This document shows, one piece after another, positions 1 to 10,126 of a stretch of 64,000 bases of DNA. Under the pieces are notes generated by a model. It made no database searches. It was given only the letters and a program-made list of their open reading frames with translations, and was not told the origin of the DNA. The translations under genes were made by a program, and so were the position numbers. This DNA is from Verrucomicrobiia bacterium. Lineage in GTDB: Bacteria > Verrucomicrobiota > Verrucomicrobiia > Limisphaerales > DASXHY01. The stretch's first letter is position 1, and each line of letters begins with the position of its first letter. The stretch is taken from assembly GCA_035552155.1 (NCBI GenBank), contig DASZLX010000035.1, forward strand, positions 65,381 to 129,380, given 5' to 3'.

Positions 1-113
1 ATCACGGTGTGCATTTTGAGAGGGCCGGAGCAGTCAGCAGTGGGGAAGCTTGGTTATGTCGCGGGGTTGGTAATTCGCCGATCCGGCAAGTCCCACCCGC
101 AAACCAACCACAA

Positions 114-329
114 TCAAACGGTGGCACGCCGTAAAACGTTCTTCGCCAATTCAGTTTCCTCGCCCGGCACTTGAATTGGAAACCGCGTCACGGTACCCGG
201 CATCGCGAGGGGAGTGGTCATGGCCAGGTCGGCTGGATGCAAGCCAGCGCTTCGCAACAGCACAATCAAATGCTCCGCCTCATTGGAATTTCGAACCGTA
301 TCGACAGTTGTGAAGGCTGTCTTTCTCAT
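114..329 (-). CDS. small DUF2007-like (putative signal-transducing) protein
   Basis: 71-aa ORF from the ATG at 329; the track ORF 114..338 starts at an upstream GTG. The segment NSNEAEHLIVLLRSAGLHPADL resembles small DUF2007-type proteins from memory only. Confidence 0.4.
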   Translation of the reverse strand: MRKTAFTTVDTVRNSNEAEHLIVLLRSAGLHPADLAMTTPLAMPGTVTRFPIQVPGEETELAKNVLRRATV

Positions 330-458
330 GATAAACACTCGCCCCTAATCGATGAGTATTCAATCCCGATATTTCCCGGCACCGCTCCCACGCAAAAATT
401 TTCGGTTCCGTCCCGCGACGGCTTCTGTTATATCTCGCTCCACAATCAACCCAACTCC

Positions 459-1316
459 ATGAAAAGTCTCATTGCATTTCTTGTTGCCGTCATGTCGATG
501 GCGTCCGTCCATGCCGCGCCAAAAAAACTCCTGGTGGTCACGACCACGACCGGCTTCCGGCACAGTTCCATCCCCACTCTCGAAAAAGTCCTGTCACAAT
601 TGGGAACCACCAGCGGCGAGTTCACCGTGGATTTTGTTCAGCAACCGCCCCACCAGCCGTCTCTCAAAAAAAATGCGACCGATGACGATAAGGCCGCTTT
701 CCAGTCCGCTCAGGTCGAATGGACCAAAAGCCTGAAGACCGCGTTGGAAAAGCTTTCAACCGATTCCCTGAAAAATTACGACGGCGTGGTCTTCGCCAGC
801 ACCACCGGCGATTTGCCAATTCCGGACCCGCAAGGTCTCCTCGATTGGATAAAGGCCGGCCACGCCTTCATCGGCATTCATGCCGCCAGCGACACCTTCC
901 ACAATTGGCCCGGCTATATCGAGATGCTGGGTGGCGAATTCGCGCATCACGGCCGCCAGGTTGGTGTGGAATGCCTGAACCAGGACCCCACGAACCCCAG
1001 CACCGCCGCGCTCGACAAAAGCTGGAACATCACGCAGGAGGAAATTTACCAGTTCAAAAACTACGACCCCACCAAGGTGCACGACCTGCTCATCATGGAT
1101 AAACATCCCGAGAACGGCGAGGCCGGCCATTTTCCCGTTTCCTGGTGCAAATCCTACGGCACGGGCCGGGTTTTCTATACCTCGCTCGGCCATCGCGAGG
1201 ACATTATTGATGCCGATCCGAATCTAAAAAACCGCATTAATTCCGGGGAAATCAGCAAGGCTTATCAGGCCCATGTGCTCGGGGGCATCGAATGGGCGTT
1301 GGCATTAAAAAAATAG
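459..1316 (+). CDS. ThuA domain-containing protein, secreted
   Basis: Internal ATG at 459 gives the signal peptide MKSLIAFLVAVMSMASVHA. ThuA-like motifs LLVVTTTTGFRHSSI, IGIHAASDTF and FYTSLGH are present. The upstream part of the track ORF overlaps the minus-strand gene and looks non-coding. Confidence 0.85.
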   Translation: MKSLIAFLVAVMSMASVHAAPKKLLVVTTTTGFRHSSIPTLEKVLSQLGTTSGEFTVDFVQQPPHQPSLKKNATDDDKAAFQSAQVEWTKSLKTALEKLSTDSLKNYDGVVFASTTGDLPIPDPQGLLDWIKAGHAFIGIHAASDTFHNWPGYIEMLGGEFAHHGRQVGVECLNQDPTNPSTAALDKSWNITQEEIYQFKNYDPTKVHDLLIMDKHPENGEAGHFPVSWCKSYGTGRVFYTSLGHREDIIDADPNLKNRINSGEISKAYQAHVLGGIEWALALKK

Positions 1317-1418
1317 CCGCCTACCCACAAACGGGGATGGCGGGGGGCGAATGCTCTTTTGTTTAATCTCACCCAGACATTTGCGATTCCAAACAAACAT
1401 GGCACTAACCTGAGTTTT

Positions 1419-2747
1419 ATGAACAAACATCAATACTCCCTCCCACGACGAAAATTTCTCAAAACTGTTGCCCTGGCCGGCGCGGCGCCGCTGATTTTGC
1501 GCTCAGGCGTGTGGGCGGCGGAAAATTCCCCTTCCAACCAGATCACGCTCGGTTTCATCGGCGTGGGCACGCAAGGCCGCGGGTTGCTCGATGGATTCCT
1601 CAATCGCAAAGATACCCGTGTGCTCGCTGTGTGCGACGTCGATACCACCCGGCGCGAGCATTCCAAAGAAACCATCGAAAATCATTACAAGGATGCCACC
1701 GCGGCGGGTACTTATAAAGGCTGCGCCGCCTATACCGATTTTCGCGAACTGCTCGCCCGCAAGGATATTGACGGCGTCGTCATCGCGACCCCCGACCATT
1801 GGCACGCATTGATTTCCATCGCCGCCGCCAACGCCGGCAAGGACGTTTACTGCGAGAAACCGATGGCCCACACCATCCTGGAAGGGCGCGCCATGGTGAA
1901 CGCGATTCGCTCGAACAAGCGCGTGCTTCAAGTGGGAAGCATGCAACGGTCCTCTCATGAATTCCGCGTCGCGTGCGAGCTGGTCCGCAACGGCTGCATC
2001 GGCACGGTCAAGAAAGCCGAAGTGGCCGTCGGCGGCCCGCCCAAGCCCTGCGACCTGCCGGGAGAACCGGACGAACCCGGATTGGATTGGAGCTTCTGGC
2101 TGGGACCGGCACCGATGCGCGCCTACAACTCCGAACTCAGCCCTCGCGGAGTCCACCATCACTTTCCCAATTGGCGCAACTATTCTGAATACGCCGCCGG
2201 CATGGTCGGTGATTGGGGCGCGCACCATTTTGACATCGTGCAATGGGCATTTGGATTCGATGAAACCGGCCCCACGGAAATTCTTCCCTCACCCCAACCC
2301 GAGACCGGCCACGGCGTCCGCATCCGTTACGACAACGGGCTCGAAGTCACTCACATCGATGGCAACGGAATCACCTTCTACGGCGACAAGGGCAAACTCT
2401 ACGTCAACCGCGGAAAATTCAACTTGTGGCTCGGCGACCAGGTCAAGGCGGATGAGGCCGACTCTTGCGAAGTGGTGGAAAAGGAATTGTTGCCCGCCAA
2501 CGCCGTTCATCTTTACAAAAGTACCAACCATCTGTCCAACTGGCTGGAATGTATCCGCTCGCGCAAGGAACCGATTTGCAATGTCGAAACGGGACAGCGC
2601 ACGGCCACCATCTGCAATCTGGTTAACCTCGCCTATTTCCACAACCTGCCTTTGAAATGGGATCCCAAGACGGAACGTTTCACCGGCGAGAATGGCAAAG
2701 AGGAATGGCTCGGCCGCGAATATCGCAAACCGTGGGGCTTGGCATAG
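1419..2747 (+). CDS. Gfo/Idh/MocA family oxidoreductase with TAT signal
   Basis: Twin-arginine signal RRKFLKTVALAGAAPLIL, Rossmann motif LGFIGVGTQGRG and EKPMAHT motif. Start chosen at MNKHQYSLPRRKF. Confidence 0.9.
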   Translation: MNKHQYSLPRRKFLKTVALAGAAPLILRSGVWAAENSPSNQITLGFIGVGTQGRGLLDGFLNRKDTRVLAVCDVDTTRREHSKETIENHYKDATAAGTYKGCAAYTDFRELLARKDIDGVVIATPDHWHALISIAAANAGKDVYCEKPMAHTILEGRAMVNAIRSNKRVLQVGSMQRSSHEFRVACELVRNGCIGTVKKAEVAVGGPPKPCDLPGEPDEPGLDWSFWLGPAPMRAYNSELSPRGVHHHFPNWRNYSEYAAGMVGDWGAHHFDIVQWAFGFDETGPTEILPSPQPETGHGVRIRYDNGLEVTHIDGNGITFYGDKGKLYVNRGKFNLWLGDQVKADEADSCEVVEKELLPANAVHLYKSTNHLSNWLECIRSRKEPICNVETGQRTATICNLVNLAYFHNLPLKWDPKTERFTGENGKEEWLGREYRKPWGLA

Positions 2748-2760
2748 TTTCGCTCAAAAG

Positions 2761-2800
2761 CACGGCGCGTGGTAGGGCACATCGCTCCGCACGCGCCGTG
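2761..2800. repeat. 11-bp perfect-stem hairpin with GTAGGG in the loop
   Basis: CACGGCGCGTG-gtagggcacatcgctccg-CACGCGCCGTG, located 14 nt after the oxidoreductase stop. Confidence 0.7.
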
Positions 2801-2913
2801 AGACTGGGTGAGGAAAGCGCGGCCTGGCCGTCATCGACTTCGGCGCGCTGCATCCCTCGCGCAATTTTACCCATTGACTCGCGCTCGCGCTCTTCGGATT
2901 GTAAACGCCGTCT

Positions 2914-4467
2914 ATGGAAAAAATTCGGCGCGCATTGCTTTCCGTTTCTGATAAAACCGGCCTCATACCCTTCGCCCAAATCCTCGCCGCGGCGGGTGCG
3001 GAACTGATTTCCACCGGCGGCACCGCCCGAGCCCTGCGGGAGGCCGGACTGGCAGTGAAGGACATCAGCGAGCATACCGGTTTTCCCGAAATGCTCGATG
3101 GCCGCGTCAAAACACTTCACCCGAAAGTCCACGGTGGGCTGCTTTACATTCGCGGAAACAAGGCACACGAAGCCGCTGCCCGCGCCCACGGCATCGAGCC
3201 GATTGACCTCGTCGTGGTCAATCTTTACCCCTTCGAAGAAACGGTCGCCCGGCCGAATGCGACCTTGCATGACGCGATTGAAAACATCGATATCGGCGGA
3301 CCTTCCATGCTTCGCAGCGCCGCCAAAAACCACGACAACGTGACGGTCATCGTCGACCCCGCGGATTATGCTGAAGTCGGAAAGCAAATTGCCGAAAGCG
3401 GCCAGACAACTTTGGCGTTGCGCCGCAAACTTGCCGCCAAGGTTTTTGCGCGCACCTCCGCCTACGACGGCGCCATCGCCGCGCACTTGGGCCGGGAGTT
3501 TTCCGAAAATGCGGACAGCGCAGCCTGGGATCGTCTGCAAATCAATGCCCCCGTCGCCCAAACACTGCGTTACGGCGAAAATCCGCACCAAAAAGCAGTC
3601 CTTTATGGCGAGTTTCAGAAATATTTCTCACAGTTGCACGGCAAGGAATTGTCCTACAATAACATTCTGGACCTCACGGCGGCGGCAAATCTGATTGCCG
3701 AATTTGAAAACGATTCCCCCACCCTGGCGATTCTCAAGCACACCAACCCCTGCGGCATGGGCCAGGGAGCCAGCCTGCGCGAAGCGTGGGACAAGGCGTT
3801 CGCCACCGATAAACAGGCGCCGTTTGGCGGAATCATCGCCACCAACAATATTCTGGACGCGGAGTGCGCGGCGGCGATTTCAGAAATTTTCAGCGAAGTC
3901 ATCGTCGCGCCGGATTTCTCGGACGAAGCACTCGAGCTTCTCCGGAAGAAAAAGAATTTACGCCTGCTGAAAACTCTCAAGCCGCTCACCGAAGCCTCGC
4001 GCTTTGACGTGCGCAGCGTTGGCGCGGATTCGTTCCTGCTGCAGGAGCGGGATTTGAAGGCGACTGACGCGGCAGATTTGAAAATCGTCACGCGCCGGCT
4101 GCCGACCGCGGACGAATTGCGCGCGATGCTTTTCGGCTGGCGGGTCGTCAAGCACCTCAAATCCAACGCCATCGTTTATACCGGCCCCGACCGGACTCTC
4201 GGCGTCGGCGCGGGACAAATGAGCCGCGTGGATGCCAGCCGGATTGCAGTCTGGAAGGCCGGTGAAGCGAAGCTGTCGCTCAAGGGCAGCGCGGTTTGCA
4301 GCGATGCGTTCTTTCCCTTCCCTGACGGACTCGTCGCGGCCGCGGAAGCCGGCGCCACGGCGGCCATTCAACCCGGCGGCTCGGTTCGCGATGCAGAAGT
4401 CATAGCGGCGGCGGACGAACGCAACGTGGCCATGGCCTTCACCGGCGTGCGGCACTTCCGGCATTAG
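2914..4467 (+). CDS. purH: bifunctional AICAR formyltransferase / IMP cyclohydrolase
   Basis: 517 aa. MGS-like N-terminus [18 protein letters not shown] and full-length PurH-like sequence (ENPHQ, KHTNPCG). Confidence 0.97.
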   Translation: MEKIRRALLSVSDKTGLIPFAQILAAAGAELISTGGTARALREAGLAVKDISEHTGFPEMLDGRVKTLHPKVHGGLLYIRGNKAHEAAARAHGIEPIDLVVVNLYPFEETVARPNATLHDAIENIDIGGPSMLRSAAKNHDNVTVIVDPADYAEVGKQIAESGQTTLALRRKLAAKVFARTSAYDGAIAAHLGREFSENADSAAWDRLQINAPVAQTLRYGENPHQKAVLYGEFQKYFSQLHGKELSYNNILDLTAAANLIAEFENDSPTLAILKHTNPCGMGQGASLREAWDKAFATDKQAPFGGIIATNNILDAECAAAISEIFSEVIVAPDFSDEALELLRKKKNLRLLKTLKPLTEASRFDVRSVGADSFLLQERDLKATDAADLKIVTRRLPTADELRAMLFGWRVVKHLKSNAIVYTGPDRTLGVGAGQMSRVDASRIAVWKAGEAKLSLKGSAVCSDAFFPFPDGLVAAAEAGATAAIQPGGSVRDAEVIAAADERNVAMAFTGVRHFRH

Positions 4468-4498
4468 AGCATTCACAGAAATGCTGTAGCGCGGCCTA

Positions 4499-4894
4499 TC
4501 AGTCTTCCTGCAATAACCAGTACACGAGCGCGATCTGCGCCAGGCAAACGAGCGTAATCAACGCCCAGACCAGCCCCTCGCGAATCCTCTGCCCGCGCTG
4601 CCGCGGCGCGCTCAGCCAGAACTGCAGTTTGACGGAGCCTATTTCAATCACGTCCCCGTTACGCAGCACCTCGCGCCGCACCGGCTGGCCGTTGATGCCC
4701 GCCAGCGCGTCGGCCTGGGTTTCCGCGATGAACCCTTGGGCGGGGTCGAGGCTGACTTTGAGGTGGTCGTCCCAAACACCGGGTTCTTCGAGTCGAAGAT
4801 CGGAATTGGCCGAGCGTCCCACGCGTACAGGAAAATGGCGGGCATCCCAGGAGGAGCCCGCCTTTTTTCCCGAAAGAATCGCGAGTTGAACCAT
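4499..4894 (-). CDS. FHA domain protein with C-terminal transmembrane helix
   Basis: FHA pattern VRVGRSANSDLRL..GVWDDHLKV..INGQPV..LRNGDVIEIGSVKLQF followed by the TM segment LVWALITLVCLAQIALVYWLL. The ATG at 4894 lies 2 nt after the upstream gene's stop. Confidence 0.85.
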   Translation of the reverse strand: MVQLAILSGKKAGSSWDARHFPVRVGRSANSDLRLEEPGVWDDHLKVSLDPAQGFIAETQADALAGINGQPVRREVLRNGDVIEIGSVKLQFWLSAPRQRGQRIREGLVWALITLVCLAQIALVYWLLQED

Positions 4895-4896
4895 CA

Positions 4897-5499
4897 CTAA
4901 AGAAGCCGGCGCGGGACGAAGATTTTGTCGCCCGGAAAAACCGCGACATCATAACGCGGGTCGCTGATGGCCTTCTGAACGTTGATGGTCTCAGTGTGAC
5001 CACCGCGAGTCAGCCGCACTTTCGACCTCCTCGCAAAATCGGTGAAACCGCCCGCGACCGAAATGGCCTTAACAATCGTCATATCGCCCGGGTATTCCTT
5101 GGCGCCCCGCTGGACGACTTCGCCATCCACATAAAAATAGGTCCCTTCTCCGTGAACCGTCACGTTCAAATCCGTGTAAAACCGGGGCACGTAGCGATCA
5201 TGGATTTCCTTTTGAAGGTCGCCGGCCGTTTTACCGGCGGCCACAATCGGCCCAATGAGAGAAAGGGTGATCGTGCCATCCTCGTGAATTCTCTCCGAAT
5301 GCGCCGGCATAACCTCCGCACCCTGACCAACCGACACGAACGACACCGTCACCATGTCGCCGATATGAAACAGGTTTCCCGCTGACGGCGGGAGATCCGG
5401 AAATTTAGGCCCGGTCTGGCAGCCACTCAGCAACCCGACGGAAATAATACCCGCGACGGCAAGCCAGACACCCGCCGCCTTCCTTAATTGTTCGATCAT
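4897..5499 (-). CDS. polysaccharide export protein (Wza-like, Poly_export + SLBB), lipoprotein
   Basis: Lipobox LLSGC. Motifs GDMVTVSF, YVPRFY, VTVHGE..YFYVDGEV and GGFTDFA are typical of Wza/GumB-type exporters. Confidence 0.85.
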   Translation of the reverse strand: MIEQLRKAAGVWLAVAGIISVGLLSGCQTGPKFPDLPPSAGNLFHIGDMVTVSFVSVGQGAEVMPAHSERIHEDGTITLSLIGPIVAAGKTAGDLQKEIHDRYVPRFYTDLNVTVHGEGTYFYVDGEVVQRGAKEYPGDMTIVKAISVAGGFTDFARRSKVRLTRGGHTETINVQKAISDPRYDVAVFPGDKIFVPRRLL

Positions 5500-5517
5500 G
5501 AATTTATGAAAACAAAA

Positions 5518-7680
5518 TTAATACTTGGATTTAATATCCAGCTTCGCACGATCTCCGGTCGCGGCGCCGTTTTCAGCAACCGGCTCTGATTCCTCGCTCT
5601 TCGAGTAATAATAATCGTGGTAATAGCCGCTGTAGTAATAATAGCTCTCGTCCTGCGACATATTGATATTGTTCAGAACGATTCCGAGAAGGTTGCCGCC
5701 GACTTTTTCGATCATCTGCTTGGCGCGGATGTTCATCGGTTGCGGGTACCGGCGATATTGAATGACCTGCAAGGTCATGTCCACTTCACTCGCGAGAATC
5801 GAGGCGTCGCTCACACCCATGATGGGCGGGGAGTCAAAGAAAACGAAGTCGTAGCGTCCTTTCAATTCGTTAATGAGACTCTTCATTTGCGCTGAACTGA
5901 GAATGCCGATCGAACTGCTCGGCAGCTTGCCGCTCGCCATCAGGTGCAGCGTTGGAACTTTCGTCGTCTGAATCACTTCATCCAGTGTGTTTTGCTTGAG
6001 CAAATAATTGGTCAAACCGAGCGAGTTCGTCACGCTGATCATCTTGTGCAGCGTGGGACGGCGCAAGTCAGAGTCCACTACCAGCACCCGACTGCCGTTT
6101 TGGGCGAAAATAGTGGCAAGGTTGAAGGCCGTGGTGGATTTGCCTTCACCGGCCCCCGCGCTCACGACTACGACCGTGTTCAACTTGTCGTCCTTGCGCG
6201 AGAACAGAATATTGGTGCGCAAGACGCGATAAGCTTCGGCATGGGGGCTTTCAGCCCCTTCATTCATGATCAAACCGATGTTTTGCGGTATGACCCCCAA
6301 TACCGGTGCTTGCAAGGTCCGTTCCACGTCGTCGATGGTCTTCACGCTGGTATCCAGGTATTCGATGAAGAAAGCCAGGCCGATGCCGACCACTAATCCA
6401 AACACAACTCCCAAAATGATATTCAACGGTTTATTGGGGCGGACGGCTTTATTGTCTGGAATGGCTTTGTCCATGATGGTCACCATTCGCTGGCGCGGAA
6501 GAGCTTTTTCCACTTCTTCCTGGGTGGCCCTCATCGCCAGAACGTTACGAATCCGCTTTTCACTTTCGAGGTCTTCCTTGGCGGCAAAATAGGGCGCCGC
6601 TTTCGATGCGGTCGCGATGTCCGTCTCTTCCGCGTCTTTAATATCGGTTTTGAGGGTGTCCAGATAAGCCCCGGAGGAAACCACTCGTGATTGTAAACCG
6701 AGAAGAATGCCATCCACACGGTCATTGATCTTTCGGTTCAAATCGTCAACCAAATCTTTGGCGTTTTTATATCTGGGATGGTCCGGCGTCAGGTCCACGC
6801 CCAACCGGATAAGATTCTGCTCCGCCAGGTCCAGCTCCTGAAGCAGGGAATTGAGCTGATTATCCGTAACCGCGGTCGGCAACGCCTTCTTGAGATCCTC
6901 CCGGCTCATCGATTGCAGCCGGTCTAATAGCGTTTTTTCCTGGTTGTAGTCGGCTTCCTTTTGCACCCGCAGGGAGGCCAGCTCTTTTAAGCGGTCGGCG
7001 GTCATCAGAGAATCAGGACTGGGCGCGTTGGCCATGGCATCGTTGATTTTCAAATCAACCCGCAGCTTGTCCACCTTGGATTGCGCGGCGGCAACTTTCT
7101 TGTCCTCATCGTCCAATTGCTGCCGGAGACTTTTGATGCCGTGATTCTTCAGATCTTCATAATCCTCCGAGCGATATTGCTGATAACTTTCCGCTACCTG
7201 ATTGGCTAGATCGGCGGCTTCCTGCGCGGTGTCACTGTAAGCCTTGATTTCAATGAATTTGGTATTCCGGACGGGTTGAAGATCCAGCCGCCCTTTGATC
7301 ATAGTCTCCACGTCCGATTCGCTCATCGGCTGGCCCCCGTTATATTTCTTACCCCACTTTTCCCGGAGGTTCATGGTCGCGACAACCTTGCTGAGCACAG
7401 CTTCCGACTGGATGGTTTGGAACTCCGTCAGCAGAAAATAAGGATCGTATGTGTTTCCGATCGGGCCGGTGCCCAAGCCGCTGATATCAGGATGATCCTG
7501 CTCAACGGTGATACGTGCCGTGCCGGCAAATGACTCGGGATACATCAACGTGACCACCGTTGCGGTAATCACCACCAACAAAAAGACCGCCAGAATGACC
7601 GTCTTGCGAATGCGGATAATCCGCCAGTAATCCAGGAAGTGTAATTTCGTTTCCTGGGGAATATTTTTCAATTGATCCAT
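5518..7680 (-). CDS. polysaccharide biosynthesis tyrosine autokinase (Wzc/GumC-like)
   Basis: N-terminal Wzz-like chain-length domain with two TM segments and a long coiled coil. Walker A SAGAGEGKSTT, Walker A' VLVVDSDLRRP, Walker B FVFFDSPP. C-terminal tyrosine cluster YYYYSGYYHDYYYS. Confidence 0.9.
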   Translation of the reverse strand: MDQLKNIPQETKLHFLDYWRIIRIRKTVILAVFLLVVITATVVTLMYPESFAGTARITVEQDHPDISGLGTGPIGNTYDPYFLLTEFQTIQSEAVLSKVVATMNLREKWGKKYNGGQPMSESDVETMIKGRLDLQPVRNTKFIEIKAYSDTAQEAADLANQVAESYQQYRSEDYEDLKNHGIKSLRQQLDDEDKKVAAAQSKVDKLRVDLKINDAMANAPSPDSLMTADRLKELASLRVQKEADYNQEKTLLDRLQSMSREDLKKALPTAVTDNQLNSLLQELDLAEQNLIRLGVDLTPDHPRYKNAKDLVDDLNRKINDRVDGILLGLQSRVVSSGAYLDTLKTDIKDAEETDIATASKAAPYFAAKEDLESEKRIRNVLAMRATQEEVEKALPRQRMVTIMDKAIPDNKAVRPNKPLNIILGVVFGLVVGIGLAFFIEYLDTSVKTIDDVERTLQAPVLGVIPQNIGLIMNEGAESPHAEAYRVLRTNILFSRKDDKLNTVVVVSAGAGEGKSTTAFNLATIFAQNGSRVLVVDSDLRRPTLHKMISVTNSLGLTNYLLKQNTLDEVIQTTKVPTLHLMASGKLPSSSIGILSSAQMKSLINELKGRYDFVFFDSPPIMGVSDASILASEVDMTLQVIQYRRYPQPMNIRAKQMIEKVGGNLLGIVLNNINMSQDESYYYYSGYYHDYYYSKSEESEPVAENGAATGDRAKLDIKSKY

Positions 7681-7755
7681 AAATCTACTAAGTCAAAAAA
7701 AACGGGGGCTAGTCGTAATGGCCCAGCCCCCGAAATCATACGCTTTCAGCGTTAA

Positions 7756-9084
7756 TTAATAACTCGCCGTAGCACCGATGTAAACCTTATTCCGGCTGTA
7801 ACTGCGTCCGCCGATATCGGAATCCAACCGGTCAAAGTCGTAACCAAGGTGCGCCGAGAAATGAGCGTTGAACAAGTATTCCAGGTTCGCGCCAAATTCA
7901 TAAAAATCCTCGGACTTGTTGTCATATATCCCGCCGCCATTGAACGCGGAGCGCTGCACGCTTCCGCTCAGATTTGCGAACAAATTCGGGACGATGCGCT
8001 GACGGACGCTGCCATAAATAACCGACGCTTCCACGTCATGCACCAAATCGCCTTTGGTCGTTCCTCCCACGACATCGGTCGCCGTGCGGCCTTCCTGGAA
8101 GCCGACTTGGAGGGAGCTTTCCTCCATATATACATACGTGAGAGACAAACGAGCGTAAGGACCGAAAGAGGTGTCGCTCACATTATAATAATCGTAATAG
8201 CTCGCGCCCGCCTGCACGGAACCGAAAAAGTCCGGCCGGAATTTATGGTCCAAGCCAAGGTAAACAGTGTGTGAACGGACATTGCGATCCTGGCTTTTCG
8301 GTGCGTCCACCTCGTCAGTGGCATTTCCTCCGATGAATTCATTGGCCGTATAATCCACGTCCCGGAACTCATAGGAAAGGCTCGCCGTGGTGTCCGGCAT
8401 CACGTGCCACAACGCAGAAAGGTGCGCCGCCTGATCGACCCGGTCCAAAGCGCCCGAAAGACTCGGGGATATGGTTCCATCGGAAGCAATATTTTTACTG
8501 GAACTGTTACCCAGCGAAAATCCTGCCTGGCTAAAACTATCCTTGTAATCATACCAGGCGTTGTTGTAGCCGACCTCAAGCCCCAATAACGGCGTCAGTT
8601 CCGCTGTAAAATCACCACCTGCCGAGTTCACAATATTATCTCCCGCCACCCGAAACGGAGTGTGAAACGCCGCGTCACTGCGCAAAGCATCCGGCTCCTG
8701 GCCGATGATGAATGCTTCCCGCACGCGGAGGCTATAACGCTCGTTGAAATTATGGCTGAGGAACGCGTTGAAGAAATGGTCCTGATCGTAATGTGTCGTA
8801 TTGCCGTTCGGCCGGTGGTCGTAATACAAAAACGCGTACTTGTAGTCCGCGCTAAAAACCGTCTGCTCATTTCCGAGAGCCACGCCGACTTTGGGAGTCA
8901 GCTCGTAGCCCCAAACGCGGTCGTTGCTGGAGGGATGCGGATTCGCATTCAAGTTATCGTCATAAAACCCCCTCACGGTGGCTTGCACGTTCCACCATTT
9001 TGCTGGCGGAGCGGTGACGGATTGCGCTTGAACACTTGTCGCGCCGAGCGCGACCAGACCTACGGAGGCGATGATTCTATTCAT
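7756..9084 (-). CDS. outer-membrane beta-barrel protein (EPS-associated porin-like)
   Basis: Signal peptide MNRIIASVGLVALGATSVQAQ, alternating aromatic/polar beta-strand pattern, and C-terminal YIGATASY. Positioned directly upstream of the Wzc/Wza genes. Confidence 0.7.
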   Translation of the reverse strand: MNRIIASVGLVALGATSVQAQSVTAPPAKWWNVQATVRGFYDDNLNANPHPSSNDRVWGYELTPKVGVALGNEQTVFSADYKYAFLYYDHRPNGNTTHYDQDHFFNAFLSHNFNERYSLRVREAFIIGQEPDALRSDAAFHTPFRVAGDNIVNSAGGDFTAELTPLLGLEVGYNNAWYDYKDSFSQAGFSLGNSSSKNIASDGTISPSLSGALDRVDQAAHLSALWHVMPDTTASLSYEFRDVDYTANEFIGGNATDEVDAPKSQDRNVRSHTVYLGLDHKFRPDFFGSVQAGASYYDYYNVSDTSFGPYARLSLTYVYMEESSLQVGFQEGRTATDVVGGTTKGDLVHDVEASVIYGSVRQRIVPNLFANLSGSVQRSAFNGGGIYDNKSEDFYEFGANLEYLFNAHFSAHLGYDFDRLDSDIGGRSYSRNKVYIGATASY

Positions 9085-9397
9085 ATTTTCTCGATTGCTC
9101 AACCACCCAGGAAGCATTGCAACAGTAACAACTTCAACTTTTTACCTAAAACTCACTTCCACTGTCAAACTATTCTTCACTTTCCGACACCGCATTATTG
9201 CGGATGCCGCGACGTTTTTCAATCTCTCCGCAACCAATTCACGCACTCGCGCACCAACTTCCCAGGTGACTTTTGTAACCATGATGATTGCATGGCAATC
9301 GTTAGCACAATTTCACCGATTTGGATACGTCACACATAGACTAGCACGGTCCGCACCGTGTTCAAAATTTTTTTCACCAATTTTAAAAATTTTCCCG

Positions 9398-10126
9398 TCA
9401 GGCCGGTTCCTGCGCCGTCAAAGCCAAAAAAACCTCTTCCAACGGCCCCGCCATCCCGCTTTGCCGCCTCAATTCATCCGCCGTCCCCACAGCGATCAGT
9501 CGCCCCCCATGAATGATGCCAATGCGGTCCGCCATTTCTTCGGCCACACTCAATTGATGCGTCGACATCAGCACCGTCATCCCCGCCCGCGAGCGTTCCT
9601 TGAGAATATCCTTGGCCACCCGCGCATGATGAGGGTCGAGGCCAATCATCGGCTCATCAATGACAAAAATCTCCGGCTCATGCAGCAGCGCCGACACAAT
9701 CGCCACTCGTTGTTTGGTTCCGTGCGAAAGGCTCTCAATCATCTTATTGGCGAAGGCTTCCAGATTGAACTGCTCCACCAGCCTCGCGCCATTGGATATT
9801 ATTTGTGCTTCCCTCATGCCGAATAACTGGCCGGTAAAACGAAAAAATTCCCACGGAGTCAATTTGTCGTAAAGAAACGGAAAATCCGGCACGAAAGCCA
9901 TTCGCCGCCGCGTTTCCAGCGGATGTTCCAGCACGTCCAGCCCCGCCACGCGCGCGCAGCCGGCGGTCGGTTTCATCAACCCGGCCAAAATTTTCATGGT
10001 CGTGGTCTTTCCCGCCGCGTTGGGCCCGAGCATGGCAAAAAATTCGCCGCGCGAAATCGTCAGCGAAACGTCGTTGACGGCGACCAGGTCGCCAAACTTT
10101 TTCACCAGATGAATCAGCTCAATCAT
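9398..10126 (-). CDS. ABC transporter ATP-binding protein (ABC-2/CcmA type)
   Basis: Walker A GPNAAGKTT, signature LSHGTKQR, Walker B IFVIDEP. Confidence 0.93.
   Translation of the reverse strand: MIELIHLVKKFGDLVAVNDVSLTISRGEFFAMLGPNAAGKTTTMKILAGLMKPTAGCARVAGLDVLEHPLETRRRMAFVPDFPFLYDKLTPWEFFRFTGQLFGMREAQIISNGARLVEQFNLEAFANKMIESLSHGTKQRVAIVSALLHEPEIFVIDEPMIGLDPHHARVAKDILKERSRAGMTVLMSTHQLSVAEEMADRIGIIHGGRLIAVGTADELRRQSGMAGPLEEVFLALTAQEPA

Noticed and set aside
171-458. N-terminal 96 codons of the track ORF 171..1316
   Set aside because: This part overlaps the minus-strand small ORF. A proper signal peptide begins at the internal ATG at 459, so the upstream part is most likely non-coding.
1503-2243. 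246-aa antisense ORF inside the oxidoreductase gene
   Set aside because: The opposite strand carries a strongly recognisable gene. The Arg/Gly/Ala-rich composition is typical of spurious ORFs in high-G+C DNA.
2680-3591. 303-aa ORF antisense to purH
   Set aside because: Antisense to a full-length purH, with no recognisable motifs.
9340-9397. Weak hairpin CACGGT-ccgc-ACCGTG followed by a T-run downstream of the ABC ATPase
   Set aside because: The stem is only 6 bp, and the T-run is on the plus strand, where no gene ends. This is too weak to call a terminator.
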